Source: the human T2T-CHM13v2.0 reference genome, Homo sapiens. From it: a stretch of DNA of 64,000 bases. The position numbers and the translations under genes are program-made. The DNA lies in assembly GCF_009914755.1 (NCBI RefSeq), contig NC_060939.1; one strand, written 5' to 3'. How positions within the stretch are numbered: position 1 is the stretch's first letter; every line of letters begins with the position of its first letter. Shown one piece after another: positions 46,652 to 62,092 of this stretch. A model generated the notes under the pieces. That model made no database searches and was not told the origin of the DNA. It saw nothing but the letters and a program-made list of their open reading frames with translations.

Positions 46652-49351
46652 GCCTCCACGCTTGGTGCCCACTGGACCTGACACTCAGGGAAGGGCTGGT
46701 CTTGACTCTGCCATTAACAGCCAGACTATGACAGAGTTGTTCCCCTGCTCTGCCTCAGTTTGTCCTCTCTCAGCTAAGCAGAGCAGGGATAATTGCTTCT
46801 CATGTGGGCCCCAGGACAAAACAAAGCCCTGAGTCCCACAGGAAGGTAGATGGGTTATGTCCAAGGGAAGACAGACCTGAGGCAGTATTTTATGTTCCCG
46901 AGGTGGCAGAGGTACATGGAGAAGATGCTTCCTTTGTGGGCCAGGGAGAAGGGAAGATAAGCAGAGAGGTGCCAGACACCTGCCTCACCCCTACCTCCCC
47001 CACCCCATGCCAGGCCCATTCCCACTTAGCCCCCAACTCAGGCAGCACCATTCTACTTATGGTCAGCATGACTTCCCAGCCAAGCTGATGAAAGCTGACA
47101 GCTTGGATTCATCAGGGACAGCATGTAGTATAGGTGATGTGCAGGACGGAAGTGGAGAGGGGACATGGGAGCCACGGTGTCAGGTCTGGGGCTGCCAACA
47201 TGGTACCTGCCTTGGCTGTAAAAAAAAAAAAAAGTCACTGTTTTGGGGTTTTCTGGATGAAACCTCTGATTCCATTTTTTAAAAAAGGGTCGAGACAGTA
47301 TGTATTATTGATTCAAAGTCATAACCAGATGCTTAGAGTAAATCATTGCATCTATTGTTTCAAAAACCAACCTCAGGATTATTAAAAGTTAGTTTTATTG
47401 GATTTTTCTTTAGCTGTGCTTATTCACTCAGGTGAGACTCACTCAGGTCTGTCATTTCCAAGCCCATGTTTTACTACTTTGTAACCCTATTTGGAAGGAA
47501 AACTGCAGCTAAGATTATGACCCATCCTGCCATGAAAAGTTTCACACATATACACCACATATACCCCCCACCACAGTATGATGACACAGCAACCCAACCT
47601 CGGGCAAATGGTACCACTGCCAGCAAATGCATGTTTTCTTTATTTCTTCAAAATGTTTTTTCTTTATTTCTTCTAATAGCAGCAAATGCATTTAACATTT
47701 TATTGAGATTCTCAACAGCTGTCATTTGGTTTGTATAGCAAATTGTTTACAAAGTAACCTTTTTCCATTTTTGATATTTTAATGAAAATTATGTTCTTCA
47801 GTTTTAAAGCCCCATCCCTCTCCCAAAGAAAGGTTAATAACTAACTACCAAGTAATGATTATTTAGGAAAAGAAGAAAAGCAAAACCAGCTTGTAAACAC
47901 TTCTGGAATGTGGGTAAGGGGCCAAAGTCAAGCCCTTCCGGGCCCAGTGCAGGTGCTAGGCTTGCCTCGGGACACCATCAGCACTTCCCCATCCACAACA
48001 TCCTCAACAGCTGGGAGCCATGTGTGGACCCAGGGGGCTTCCTGTTCCACAAGCTCCCCTCTCTTTTTCCTCTCCACGCTTGCTGTTGGGCCTCCCTTCC
48101 AAATCTGCCTAACAAAGGCAGCAGGATCTTTAATACTGTTCAGCTTTGTCAATGGAGACAGGATACTCTAGAAAGTTGAGAGATCCCTGGTCCAGTCTGG
48201 GGGAGGAAAAAATATACAGTGTAGCATAGATGGTTTTACTTGTCCATTCAGACACATGCTCATACTTATTAGATGGATGTATCAGATGCTTCAAAAGTCC
48301 TGATGTGTAGTAGCACAAAAGCTGCTTGTAAAAAAAGAAGTTGCAAAATGATAAAAATTTCTGCAGCAGTTCAGGCTCCTGATGACAAAGCTGGTTCTGA
48401 TAAGTAGTTATTTTGACATGCACAGCAGGTTTCACTGTAAGTCCTGTGTTCCAGCGGTTTCATTTAGACCATAGGAAGTTGAAAGCAAAGTTTAAATGTT
48501 CTCTGCTGACAAAATGTGGTATATATCCATCAATGGACTTCTACTCAGTAATGAAAGGAACAAACGACCAAAACCTGTTATATGTCATGGACCAACCTCA
48601 AAAACATTAGCTAAGTAAAAAAGCCAGACACTTATTGTATAATTCCATTGATTTGAAATGTCCAAAAAAGGCAAGTTGATAGAGACGGAAATGGTCTGAT
48701 TTACCTCAAGAGGTAGGGATTCAAGCTCTCTAGAGTACATGTGATACATACATGAGAAAAAATAAGGAAAAGAAAATAAATTTATATGTAAATAAATGAA
48801 AATAATACTTCTCCCTGATTATAAAGAAAATCACTTTCTTTTTGTAATAATTTGGAAGACAAAATATGAAGAAAAGTCTTAAATTTTGCCACTCAAAACA
48901 TTCTGGTTTGTTGCTTTTTGTATTTTTTATGCATATGAACATTTTAAAAAGTAGAATTGTAATATATAGTCTTTTGTCACTATGTTTTGGGCATATTTCT
49001 ATGGCAGTAAATATATCCTTGGCATCATCCTCTTTAAAAGCCCGATGTATATTAAGTTAATCATTGCCACCCCAGAAGTAAATTTTCTTATACAAATATA
49101 GTTTAATGGATGCAAGCAAGCATTTTTGGGCTGAATTCATAGAAGTAGAATTTCTGGAGGAAAATAACATAAAGCAGTTTTAAGATTTTTAATAGAAATT
49201 TTCAAATTATCCTGCAGAAAAATTGGTTCAGTTTATACTCCCAACAGGGGCAGAGCTCCAGTGTCCCCTTCCATTTGTCCTCTTTGCTGGTATTTAAGCA
49301 GAAAATCTCATTGTTTTCATTACATTTATTTGGTTTCTAGTGCTTTTGAAC

Positions 49352-50125
49352 CTTTTTTTTTTTTTTTTTTTTTTTTTTGAGATGGACTCTTGCTCTATAG
49401 CCCAGGCTGGAGTGTAACAGTGTGATCTTGGCTCACTGCAACCTCCACCTCCTGGGTTCTGGGTTCAAGAGATTCTCCTGCCTCAGCTTCCCGAGTAGCT
49501 GGGATTACAGGTGCCCACCACCATGCCTGGCTAATTTTTGTATTTTTTAGTAGAGACGGGGTTTCACCATGTTGATCAGGCCAGTCTTGAACTCCTGACC
49601 TCAGGTGATCCACCCACCTCGGCCTCCTAAAGTGCTGAGATTACAGGCGTGAGCCACTGTACCTGGCCTTGAATCTTTTTTATATGCTTATTGGCCATTT
49701 TTATTCTTGTGGGAAATGTCTGTTTCTCCATTGCCTGTTTTCTGGCCAACCTCCAAAGTCACATTTCACTTTTATCCTGTTGATTGAAAGCATTTTAACT
49801 TAGTGATTTTTTAACATAACCAGGAGCAGGACAGACTGTAATTATCTAGATCTTGCTCTGTCACCCAGGCTGGAGTGCAGTGGCATGATCATAGCTACTG
49901 CAGTCTCATACTCCTGAGCTGAAGCAATTTTCCTACCTCACCCTCCCAAGTAGCTAGGACTACAGGTGTGTGCCACCATGCCCAGCTAATTTTTAAAATT
50001 TTTTTATAGAGATGTGAATTCGCTATGCTACCCAGGCTGTTCTTGAACTTCTGACTTCAAGTAATCCTCCCACCTTGGCTTGTCAAAGTGCTGGAATTAC
50101 AGGTGTGAACTACTGCTCCCAGCCA
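49352..50125 (-). mobile_element. AluS (49352-49668) and AluJ (49850-50125)
   Basis: Reverse Alu consensus. Confidence 0.88.
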
Positions 50126-51273
50126 AGAGCTCATTTTGTTTGCTAGTGGTGTTCTTGGTATCTTTTTATATTTGAGGCTTTGGTGCTAGTGCTGAAGTAT
50201 TACACTCACCATCCAAGGTTTAAAGGACTTTTGCGGTAATATTGAACAGATGGAACTGTTAAGTTCTGCATCTTTGCAGGCATACAAAATGTGCCTACCA
50301 GGACTCTGCTTTATAGCCATTGATAGCAAGAAGTAATACAGTAAAACTTTGCCTTACTAGAGGCTTTGAAAGAATGGAGTATTCTGATTTAATTCTATTA
50401 ACTTGGAAGTATGAAGGTAAAAAGAATTCAAAACTTACATTTCCTGTTGAATGCAATTTGAAAATATAGCCAATGATTCCACTTTTCTTCTCTAGTAAGT
50501 TTGGACATTCTGATCTACTTGCTGTTTTATTATAGAACTGCTAGTGTGCCTGAGACTTACATTGTGAAGACACTTTTTAAAAAACTTGAGCGGTAAGAGG
50601 GTGTAAATGGTATTGTGTGAGATCAGGCTGGATGAGAACTGACACTTGTAAACATACTTTTTAGGCTGAATCTCTGATTGCCATTTGTTTTCTTATTTAA
50701 CTCATAAAAATAAAACACATTGGATGGAGGGTGGGAGTAGGAAGGAGATTTATGTCTTTTAATTGCATGTCATTGTTTCATATCAAGACAGAACATATGG
50801 TATCCTTGGCTTTGGACCTACAGAGGAAACACATTTTTCTACCTGCCGTATGCCAGAGGTTCTTGAACACCTGGAGGGATGACTGCAGCACAGATTGCCG
50901 AGCCCTACTCCAGAGTTTCTGATTCACCAGGTCTGGGGTGGGGCCTGAGAATTTGCACTTATAAAAGGTTCTCAGGTTCTGCTGGTGCTGCCAGTCCAGA
51001 GACTACATTTTTGAGAACCACTCTTGTCTACTAACTGTAAATTGTAGAACTCTAGAACAAAGCTTAGTTTGGTGTAGGAAAAGACGCTCACAGGTTATGG
51101 AGCAAATCATGAAAGATTCAACCCTTGATCCCAGCCTAGTGTGGAATTCAGGTAACAGTCAATACACAGTGACATAACACAATTCTTGGTTTTCATGATT
51201 GCAAGTCATAGCCAAGTATCAAGTGAGAAATTCAGTTTCATTTGCAAGGCTTAGAGAGGCCAGGTGATTCTAG

Positions 51274-51650
<377 letters not shown>

Positions 51651-54600
51651 AAAAGCTTTGTGTTTTTAAAGATATTAGACATGTTTCTTGTTTTTTAAAA
51701 AATCTTAACGATGTAGGAGAATAAGAGAAATGTTTTTCCAAAAAAGAGAAATCATGGTGATCATTTTACCTTATTGGAATGTTGGATAATATAGTCCGCT
51801 TCATTATTCATCAAACATGCTATGGATTTTCCATTTTTATAGGATTTATGTCTCAATTGAGGTAATACTGGTAATTCTTATACTCCATCTGAAGATGAAA
51901 AATGTAGGCCACAATCATAGACCATGCATAGGAGCTGGATAATGAAGACAGCTCTGGAGGAACATGTAGACACACACACACTGACACACATATATATATA
52001 AAGTATAAATACATATTTTTTAAAGTTTATTTTTAAAGTTTTAAAGCAAAAGCCGGCCCCTCCCCTCTCCCAGAGTAGGCAGGCCCCACCCCTCTCCCCA
52101 AGTGGGTGGGGACAGCATTTGCATAGGCAGCTTTCCCTGTGATGCCACAGGTTCCTCGGGACACACTGCTGCCTGGCCATGCCTCCTTTCCCTTTCATCT
52201 TTCTCATTGACCAATGGGCTTGGAGCATTAAGGCCACACCCCTATTCTGTGTTCTAGTGGGGCCCTGGTTACGCCTCCTCTGGCTCAGTCACACAGGTGC
52301 CTGGTACGTGACTGGAGGTGTTCGCTGATGTGGCCCCAACCCTGCCTTCCTCCCCACCCCACGATGTTAGAAGAAACTCGACAGAGTAAATTGGCAGCAG
52401 CCAAGAAAAAGGTAAAACACACGAGTTCATGGCCCCCCAACCCAGCCAGAGATCCCTCCAATGACAAGACCACTGCTAGAGTCCATACCACTCCTGAGGC
52501 ATACCGGGCTGGGCCCCCCCAATTTGGGGCCTCTGGACTCCCCCCACCAAAGTCTTGTCAGTCAGCCCTGCCCCTTCAAGCAAGCAGCCCAGCCCCTGCC
52601 CTCACCAACCACCCCAGGGTGACTTTGGGTGGGTGACTCCTAGTGCTCCCTGCTCCACACTCTGCCCTCATGTCCTGCCACCCCAAGCCTGACCTCCCTG
52701 GGTTCTTTGGGCTCATCTCTCCAAGGACCTGGGTCCCCAGCCCCAGCCCCTCCCGTCACCAGTCATCCCTGGGTGACTTTGGGCTGGTGATTCCTGGGGT
52801 TCCCTGCTGCAGACTCTGCTCTCCCCTCCTGCTGACCCAAGCCCAACATCCCTGGGCTCTTTGGACTGGAGTCTCCAAGGACCTGGGTCCCAGCCCTAAG
52901 TCCCCCTCCCCCATCGTGGATCGGTGACTCAGCCATCACACTGATGTGGTTCCCCCCACCCCCGGGAGGAGTGGAATGTAGTGATGTCACAGGCCCCCTA
53001 GGAACTGTCATTACTGCTGCAAGACCAGCCTTTGATCTTATGACCCAGTCCCCTAAGCATTCTCCCCCCATTTCTGGTTCCTCTGGTTGCAGCACAAATT
53101 TCCAGCTGGAAGGGGAATGGGGACTATGGGACCTAAGAGCAAGAGGTTTCAGGCTGCTTTATTCCCTTCACATAGACATCGACAGTGTGAAAAGCCTACA
53201 CTTCCCCCGTGAGCTCAAAATGTTGACAGTATCTCTGGGTGACAATGGAAAATGGGTTTGGTTTTGTTTTCTCCCAGGCTTCTACTCTCCAGAGAGACTT
53301 CAACATTTTTTTCTGAGTTCTCCACCTCATATTCTAATTCTCCATGGTTCTGGGACCAGACTGCCCTTCAGTCAGTGGTCTCTGAAGTGAGATTAGCTCA
53401 TCTTCTATGGAATAGATCTTGGAAAACTAAACTTGACAGCTTGAATCTTCCTCATATCATCTCAACTTGGGGTACATTGAGTGCCACAGGATAAATGCGG
53501 GAGATCTTTCTGAAGCATCAGTTTCCCTTGATTCTCTTGAGACAGAAAAAACATTAATATACTTAGGGATGACCCTCACATAGGTTTCTAAGAGTATACC
53601 AGACTTTTCTCTGAAATGAGATGGGTTGTACTCTTTCTGATAAATTCCCAGATTTAACAAAAAAGCTGCCTTCTGCCATGAGGACACATAGATATAAAAG
53701 TTTGAGAGGTACTGGTGCACTTCTTCACACTAACAGACATGTGAGGATGTATGACTCTAAACCACAGAGTGTGCAGTTCCTGCCTACTTAATGTTTACTT
53801 TTCTACTTCTGCCTCTGGTTTTGGTCCCTGGCAGCTGCTGATTCATGGCAAAACCCCAGAGCTTGGAGTCAGAAGACTGAGTTTAAGTTCCATTATTGCC
53901 CCCTCCTTTTTTAGCCATAATATCAATCTCTCTCAGTCACTAAGTGATTGTGACAACACATTGTACAGTTGTTAGTGGCATTAAATCAGATGGTGTATAA
54001 GAGTATTTTGCAAAAACTGTAAAGGAGGCTGTGGCTGTAGGGACTGGTAGTTCTCATGTGTATTACTGTTCTTCTTTCCCACAGCTAAAAGAATATCAGC
54101 AGAGGAACAGCCCTGGTGTTCCAGCAGGAGTGAAGATGAAAAAGAAAAACACTGGCAGTAGCCCTGAGACAGCCACTTTTGGTGGTTGCCACTCACCTGG
54201 GGCTGTGAGTCTTGGCTGGCCAGGCTCCTGGGGACAGGGGGCCCAAGGGGCAGTAGAGGGTAATTGTTGAGATTGCTGGGTACTGGTTAAGAATTCTGGG
54301 TTTGAATCCTGCTTCTCCATCTTCTAGGGATCTGATTTACAGCAAATTGCTTGAGCTCTTTGGGCCTGTCTTTTCACATCTGTACAATAGGGGTAGTATT
54401 GTTTGACTTCCATTTGTAAAGTTTAAATGAGATTCCTTATTGCTGTTTTTATGTTAATCCCTAGTACATGGTCTGCTGTAAAGACCAAGGATACCCAGGA
54501 AATGGTCATTGCTCTTTGATTTTCCTGATCCCCATTCTCAAGGGGAAGCTGGGCCAATGAGTACAGCCACTTGCCATCAGGCTGTCCCCTATAGGAGTCA

Positions 54601-55478
54601 CTGAAGGGGCCTGGTGTGGTGAGGAGAGTCCCGGGTACTAGGAGTAAGAGAAGATCTAAGTTGCCACCAGCTTGCTGGGTGACCACAGAAAAATTGCTTC
54701 TTCCCCTGGGCCTCAGTTTCCTCCTCTGTAAGATGATACTGGATAAGATCAGTGCCTTTCAAACTTGTTTTTTAGCTGGAGCCCCCTTAGTTCCAGTGAA
54801 CCCTTACTCAGAAGTCTGGTTTTTTTAATGGAGGTGGAGGTCTGGAGCTCTACCAGATTCATCACCCACGTCCTGGGCCTGAGGAGAGGGGTTCAGTGAG
54901 CATATGAAGAGCTGCATTGGTCAGGTGACTCCACTCTGTGACTGCATTGTTCAGGAGACTTTTCCATCTATTTGTTCCTGCCCTGGCAAGGCAGCAGGTG
55001 GCCATTTCAAAGAGTGGGACAGGCCAAGGTTTTAATCTCCTCTGCTCTTCTTCAGCATTTCATTTTCCTGAACCCACATCCTCCTCCTACCCTGACTTTC
55101 TTGCTTCTCTCTAAGACACTTCTGTCTTTCTCCCCCTGCCCTTGTTTTTTCCTTTTCACCTCCTGTAGATTCAGGACATTCTGAAGGTGCTGGTGTCCAA
55201 TCTTAACCATTCCAATGGGGTAGCACTCCCCCATTGGATAAGTGGAAGGTGAGGCAGTGCCAAGACCCTTCTCTGGCTTGCTGTCTCCGGCTATGCATGG
55301 CCCTGAGGCTTCTGTGGTTTGGGGGATACCTTTCCTCTGCCTTGTTTTATGTTGCTGCCATTGACCTTCAGCCTGTTTATGTCTGCTTCTTCACCTGCTT
55401 GATTGATTGGGTTTTTTCCTTCCCTGCATCTTTTATCATCTTAGAAATGGTGAGATATACCTTAAAGTTTAAAAGTAA

Positions 55479-55857
<379 letters not shown>

Positions 55858-58145
55858 TAACTGTTTCCCATGTAAGTTTTTGTTTTTTTGAATTTCTCAT
55901 TTTTATTACTTCTGCATCATCTGTTACCCTGAAGGATCTGGAGGTAAGAGGCCCTGGGCCAAGGTGCAGTGACCCTGCAGGCCAGCCCTCCAACCTCCTT
56001 TCACAGCAGGGGCTAGGTGCCCCTCTGCCAGCTGAGACAGCCCACACACACCCCAGCCCTAATGATTGTTCTCTCCACCTCTCCCCACAATCCTCCTCCA
56101 ACTCCTCCTCTCTGCATGCGCCTCAGAGTCGGTACCAAGAACTGGAATTAGCCCTGGACTCAAGCTCCGCAATAATCAATCAACTCAATGAAAACATAGA
56201 ATCATTGGTAAGAGTCCAGTAGGGTCCCCTGAGTCCATGCTTCTATTCCTGGGCTTTAGTTTCCCCTTGGGGTCCTGAAGAAAGGGGCTGGGGGGCCCTG
56301 GTGCCAAGGGCAAATGGGGAGCTGGAGCACCCAGGCCTCACCTGGAGGGACCCCAGAGCAAGGAGCATGCAGCATGGCTCTTCTGTTGCTGCCCTCTTTG
56401 CCAACTCTCTCTTCTCTAGATACCCCTGCTCCAGTCCTTGCCACACTCGCCCTGGGGTTGTCGTCTCTCAGGGAAGTACTAGCCTGACTGGTTGTCAGGG
56501 AACCTGCGTTTCTACCCTGAGTCAGTCCCTAATTTGCTCTTTGAGTTTGGACAAGCCACCTGTCCTCCTTGGGCTCGTGTTTCCGGAGAAGGTAGAGCAT
56601 CAAAGGTCTCTATTAGCTCTGAGAATCTGAGATTTAAAGGCCTCCAGAATGGAAACCTCAGGGTCAATGGCTCCTGTCTGTCCTTTTCCATCCTATATCT
56701 GCTGTGAAGAAGCATACCTGGCCCATACGTGCTCAGTAAATGTTTGTTGAATGAAGGCACCTTTCTAAATCACAAACTGGCAGAAGAGTGGGCATTTCTC
56801 AGACTCCATCTCTAGAGGTTTATGTTACTGTCCTTTCAAGAGAATCCAGATTCAGACTTTGAGTTCTGTGGCTGTGGGTGAAAACCAACAAAGACCCACA
56901 TCCTCTGTCCTTGGGAGCTTGAGGAGAGTTGACCAGTTCGTGTTGCCACTGGGTCTGAGAATGTTGCCTTTAAAATCCATTGCTGGCCCCTGCCTACCGC
57001 TTCCTGGTCTGGGAAATAGAGTTGAGGGGGCCACTCTCAGTCACCTGAATTTGACTCTCCCCACAGAAACAACAGAAGAAACAAGTGGAACATCAGCTGG
57101 AAGAAGTAACGTGATTTTTTGTTTGCTCACAACGTGACTGCTGGGTTTGGGGGGCACTCAGATGCAGAGGCGCCAGTCTCATCTTGCCCTCTCCCAGCCT
57201 GGGGAAGAAGGCTCACCCCTCAGATTCCACCCCATCCCCACAGGGTCCCTGATAACCTGGTCCCATGGGTGGGCCTGTCCTGGGGCATTGGTGGCATTCT
57301 GGGAGCATGTCTCTTGCTGTGCCATCTCGGCCTCCCCCTAGTAAGAGCTCTGTCTTCCTCTTCCTATAGGAAAAGAAAACCAACAGTGAAATACACAAAG
57401 CACAGATGGAGCAGTTAGAGGTGAGTGGAGGGTGGGGAGCTTTCTCCTGTCCTCTGGAGAATATTTCTTTCCTTCTCTTTCAGCATTTGCTTGGCTTTTC
57501 TCCCAAACATTCAATTCCAGGCAATCGACATCCTCACATTGGAAAAGGCAGACTTGAAGACCACCCTTTACCATACTAAACGTGCTGCCCGACACTTCGA
57601 AGGTGGGAACATGGGCACCCCATCATCCTTCAACCTGTCACTTTGACAGGTCTTTAGGGGGAGTCCTTTGGGCCCCATCTCAACCTCTCTCATTACAGAA
57701 GAGTCCAAGGATCTGGCTGGCCGCCTGCAATACTCCTTACAGCGTATTCAAGAATTGGAGCGGGCTCTCTCTGCTGTGTCTACACAGCAGCAGGAAGAGG
57801 ACAGGGTGAGTCCAACCAGCAGCCCCATCCCCTGGCAGCCTGGCTTCCCAGATTGAGGAGTGAGCCTAAAGGTCCCTTCTGCAGGACGGAGTGTCCTGCC
57901 CAGAAGGCAGCATGGTCATTTCTCGCTACTTTTGTGTATGGCTGTTAGAGGCAGCTGCTGTGGGTGAGTTGGGGGGCACTGTGGAGAGTGAGCACTGGAT
58001 GCAGAGCTCAGAGGCCAAGTGCTTGCCCTGCCCTTTCCTGGCTGTGGCCTTGGCCAAATCCTAGGTGGGGTATTGGGTACTTATACTGTGAAGGTACAGA
58101 AGAGTACCTTTAGTATGTTACCATTTCTGTAGAGAGAAGAAAGGG

Positions 58146-58146
<1 letters not shown>

Positions 58147-58176
<30 letters not shown>
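58147..58176. repeat. (TG)n microsatellite
   Basis: About 14 TG units. Confidence 0.9.
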
Positions 58177-58177
<1 letters not shown>

Positions 58178-59714
58178 ACTATGATGATATACAAAAACAT
58201 GTCTGCAAGGGTTCATAAAAAACTCAGGAGAGAGTAACAGGGTGGCTGGGAGACTCTTCCCTTCTGTATCTTCTGAGTTTTGGACTATGCGAATGTATCA
58301 TCCTTTCAAAAAGTGAACAAAAGATTAATTTCCCCCTCCTATCTGTGTCCCCACCCCCAGCAAGAAAAATGGGCTTAGAGAATAGGATAGACCTGGGTGT
58401 TCAAATCCCAGCTCTGTCTAAGTGATCTTAGGCAAGCACTTAACCTTGAACACTCGATGTTTTTCATCTACACAATAGAGGTAATCCTAGTAACTGTGTC
58501 ATATGGTGGTTGTGAGGATTAAATGGGATTGCTAGCATGGAACCTGGTGAAGCACTCCATAACGGTTCAAACAGTGGTAGTAATAACAGTAATAACAATA
58601 GCAATATTATCTGATCTCTCTGGGCCTCTGTTAGCAAGCTGTAAATTCGATCTCTTTCCCTGTCCCTTCCAACTTTACTGAGTTCTTTTAAAAATTGGGC
58701 CATGGGCTTGGAAATGCCTTGATCTTTACTAACCGAGTTGTATATTGAGCCTAGCCCTAGCCCTTTTAAGGGGCACTGCCCGGGATCCCCAGATTGAAAC
58801 TTCTCACTCTTCACCCTCCAGTCCTCGAGCTGCAGAGAAGCGGTCCTCCAGTGGCGGTTACAGCAGACCATAAAGGAGCAGGCACTGCTGAACGCACACG
58901 TGACACAGGTGAGGCTTTGCAGAGGGAGGGATGTGGAAGGAAGATGACCCCAGGTGGCCAGGAGCAGGTGAGGACCAGTGACAGCCCTTCCTAACTTGTG
59001 TGCCCATTCTTGCAGGTGACAGAGTCACTTAAACAAGTCCAGCTAGAGAGAGATGAATATGCTCAACATATAAAAGAAGAGAGGGCCCGGTGGCAGGAGA
59101 GGATGTGGAAAATGTCGGTGGGGGTGAGGTCTGACCCTTCAGCCCCCACTTTAGATAGGTCACTGGATCTTTCTGGGCATCTGTAAAATGGGAATAGTAC
59201 AGCCAGAGGTGGTCATGGGTCTCGGCTTTGTGGAGGTGGGGACACAGAGGGAGATGGTAGCCTGTCCAGCCACCAGCCCCTCTCTCCAGGGCCCTTTCCC
59301 ATGTGCTTTGGGCAGGCTCGCACATTGAAGAAGGAGAAGAAGCGTGTCATACATCAGATACAGGAGCTGGAGAGGAGCTTGTCCAAACTCTCTATGTGAA
59401 AGTGGCTTGGAAATTGGCTACCGTCGGGTGGGAGGAATCGTTAGCAGTGAGGCCAAGTTTGGGAAGCCTGAGAGGAGCTGTGCATCAAGAGGAGGGTTTT
59501 TTTTGGAGGGGGGGTGGGGAATCCAGAGGCCCTTATTGTCTGCTTTGTTTCTCAGCTGAGCCCCCATCCCCGGCACCCCCAGCAGTGACCTCTGTGGTGG
59601 AGCAGCTACAAGATGAGGCCAAACACCTGAGGAAGGAGGTGGAGAGTTTGGAGGGAAAGCTCCAATCCAAGGTGGAAAACAACCAGGCCTTGAGTCTCCT
59701 GAGCAAGGAACAAA

Positions 59715-60020
59715 AGTAGAGGCTCCAGGAGCAGGACGAGAGGCTCCGAGAGCAGGAGGAGTGGAGGGTGCGGGAGCAGGAGAGACTGTGTGAGCAAAAT
59801 GAGAGGCTTCGGGAGCAGCAGAAGACGCTACGGGAGCAGGGTGAGAGGCTGCGAAAGCAGGAGCAGAGGCTATGCAAGCAGGAGGAGAGGCTGCGAAAGG
59901 AGGAGGAGAGGCTGCGAAAGCAGGAAAAGAGGCTGTGGGACCAGGAGGAGAGGCTGTGGGACCAGGAGGAGAGGCTGTGGGAGAAGGAGGAGAGGCTACA
60001 AAAGCAGGAGGAGAGGCTCA
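59715..60020 (+). repeat. 21-bp coding-type tandem repeat (QEERLRK heptads)
   Basis: Repeated units like AAGCAGGAGGAGAGGCTGCGA, roughly 14 copies. Confidence 0.85.
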
Positions 60021-60707
60021 TGCTCTCCCAGAACCACAAGCTCAACAAGCAGCTGGCCGAGCCACAGTGCAGCTTCGAGGATCTGGTGGGTTGCCCCACC
60101 TGGGGAGCCTGCCCTCATCCCTATCCCTCCAGGCCTTTGTTTCCCCACCTGTAAAATGGGGCAGTGTAGCTCTCACATGAAATGGTACTTCTAAAGGCAC
60201 CTGTGAGCCAGAGCTCATCAGGCCTTGCTCTGATGGCTGTGGGGGAGAAGGGATGATTTTTCTAACCTGCCTCCACCCTTCCTGGTGACATGGGAGGCAG
60301 ACACCAAGTTCTGGTGTCTCCAGCTGCAGTGGATGGCAACTGATTGCTTCTCTCTGTCCAGAATAACGAGAACAAGAGCGCACTGCAGTTGGAGCAGCAA
60401 GTAAAGGAGCTGCAGGAGAGGCTGGGCGAGAAGGAGACAGTAACCTCTGCCCCATCCAAGAAGGGCTGGGAGGTGGGCACCAGCCTCTGGGGAGGGGAGG
60501 TGCCAGGCCAAAGGCAGCTCCAGCTGGGGGGCAGCTGACCCCAGCACCCTCCAGGGCAGCCCTATGACTGTTTCTTGCTTCCTGCCCTCTGACTTTTAGA
60601 GGTGGGTAGCCCTGGGCTCCTCCCAGGTCTCAAAATCATCATCCCAGCTAGAGGCATGGATTCCCCCAGTCATAGGGGAAGAGACAGTGGTATAAGAGGC
60701 TCCTTAT

Positions 60708-60990
60708 GCCAGGCATGGTGGCTCATGCCTGTAATCCCAGCACTTTGGGAGGCTGAGGCAGGAGAATCACTTGAGGTCAGGAGTTTGAGACCAGCCTGGC
60801 CAACATGGTGAAACCTCATTTCTACTAAAATTACAACAACAATGAAAAATGGTGATGTATGCCTGTAATCCCAGATATGAGAATCACTTGAGCCTGGGAG
60901 GTGGCGGTTGCAGTGAGCTGAGATTGCACCACTGCACTCCAGCCTGGGCCACAGAGTGACACTCTGTCTCAAAACAAAACAAAACAAAAA
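60708..60990 (+). mobile_element. AluS with internal deletions
   Basis: Alu consensus with an (AAAAC)n tail. Confidence 0.85.
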
Positions 60991-61909
60991 AGCCTCCTTG
61001 GATTCAAACTGGATTCTGGCCTCGGTTCCACTGGTGACCATTCAACTACTTTTCATCTCTAGGTCTCTGTTTCTTTAACTTCAAAAGGAAGTTAGCATTT
61101 TCCTTGCAGAGGTGCTGAGGATTGAATGAGAGAATACATGGAAAGCATTAGGCATGTAGCACACTTAGCAGATGGTGGTTGGCTCCCTCTGCTTTTCCAC
61201 CAGTCTGTGGCCTACAGTTTAAATGGGGGGGAAAAGGACATGAGATTTGAGGCTAGGGAAGGAGGTATGGGGTTCTAGGCAAGGGAGGAAGTCTCTTAAG
61301 CCTGGAGCAAGGGGCCAGGGGCCTGGGCAGGTGACAGAGCCCCACAGGCCCTCTCTACCCTATTAATGGGCCCAGAATCTGGAAGCCAGCCACCACGTGC
61401 CCTCATGCCCAGGGCCTTCCTGCAGGTGAAGCTGAAGAGCCAAGAGTCTCAGAGTCTGCAGCAGCAGCGAGACTAGTACCTGGGACACCTGCAGCAGTAC
61501 GTAACCACCTATCAGCAGCTGACCTCTGAGAAGGAGGCGCTGCACAGGCAGTTACTGCTGCAGACCCAGCTCATGGACCAGCTGTAGCAGCAGGAAGCTT
61601 GGGGCAAAGCGGTGGCTGAGATGGCCCACCAAAAGTTGCAGGAGACCTAGGAGAGGGTGTTGCTGAGGACAGGGCCCCGAGGGGGATGACCTGGCAACCT
61701 CTGTGCCTTCTCACTCTGTTTTCCATCCCCTTAGGAACCAGCTGCCAGCCACCAGAACCAACAGCTAGAGACCCAGCTAAGCCTCGTGGCTCTCCCTGGA
61801 GAAGGTACAGGAGACCACTCAGAGGAAGAGGAGAGAGCCCCAGGAGGAAGGGGGGACTGTTAGCAGCATAGGATTGAGGGGTTGGAAGAGACCTTTAGAA
61901 CAGCTGGTC

Positions 61910-62092
61910 GTTATGCCAACCGGGTGTCCGCACTAAGTTCAGCATCAATATGGTGACCTCCTGGGAGCAGGGGGCCACCAGGTTGCCTAAGGATGAGTGA
62001 ACTGGCCAGATCAGAAAGAGAGCAGGTCAGGACTCCCGCACCGACCGGTAGTGGGACTGTGCCTGGGCAATATAGCAAGATCTTGGTTCTTA
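61910..62092 (+). pseudogene. 5'-truncated 7SL (SRP RNA) retropseudogene in golgin intron
   Basis: CGGGTGTCCGCACTAAGTTCAGCATCAATATGGTGACCTCC...CCACCAGGTTGCCTAAGG S-domain sequence; A-rich tail; TSD AGAACAGC. Confidence 0.9.
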
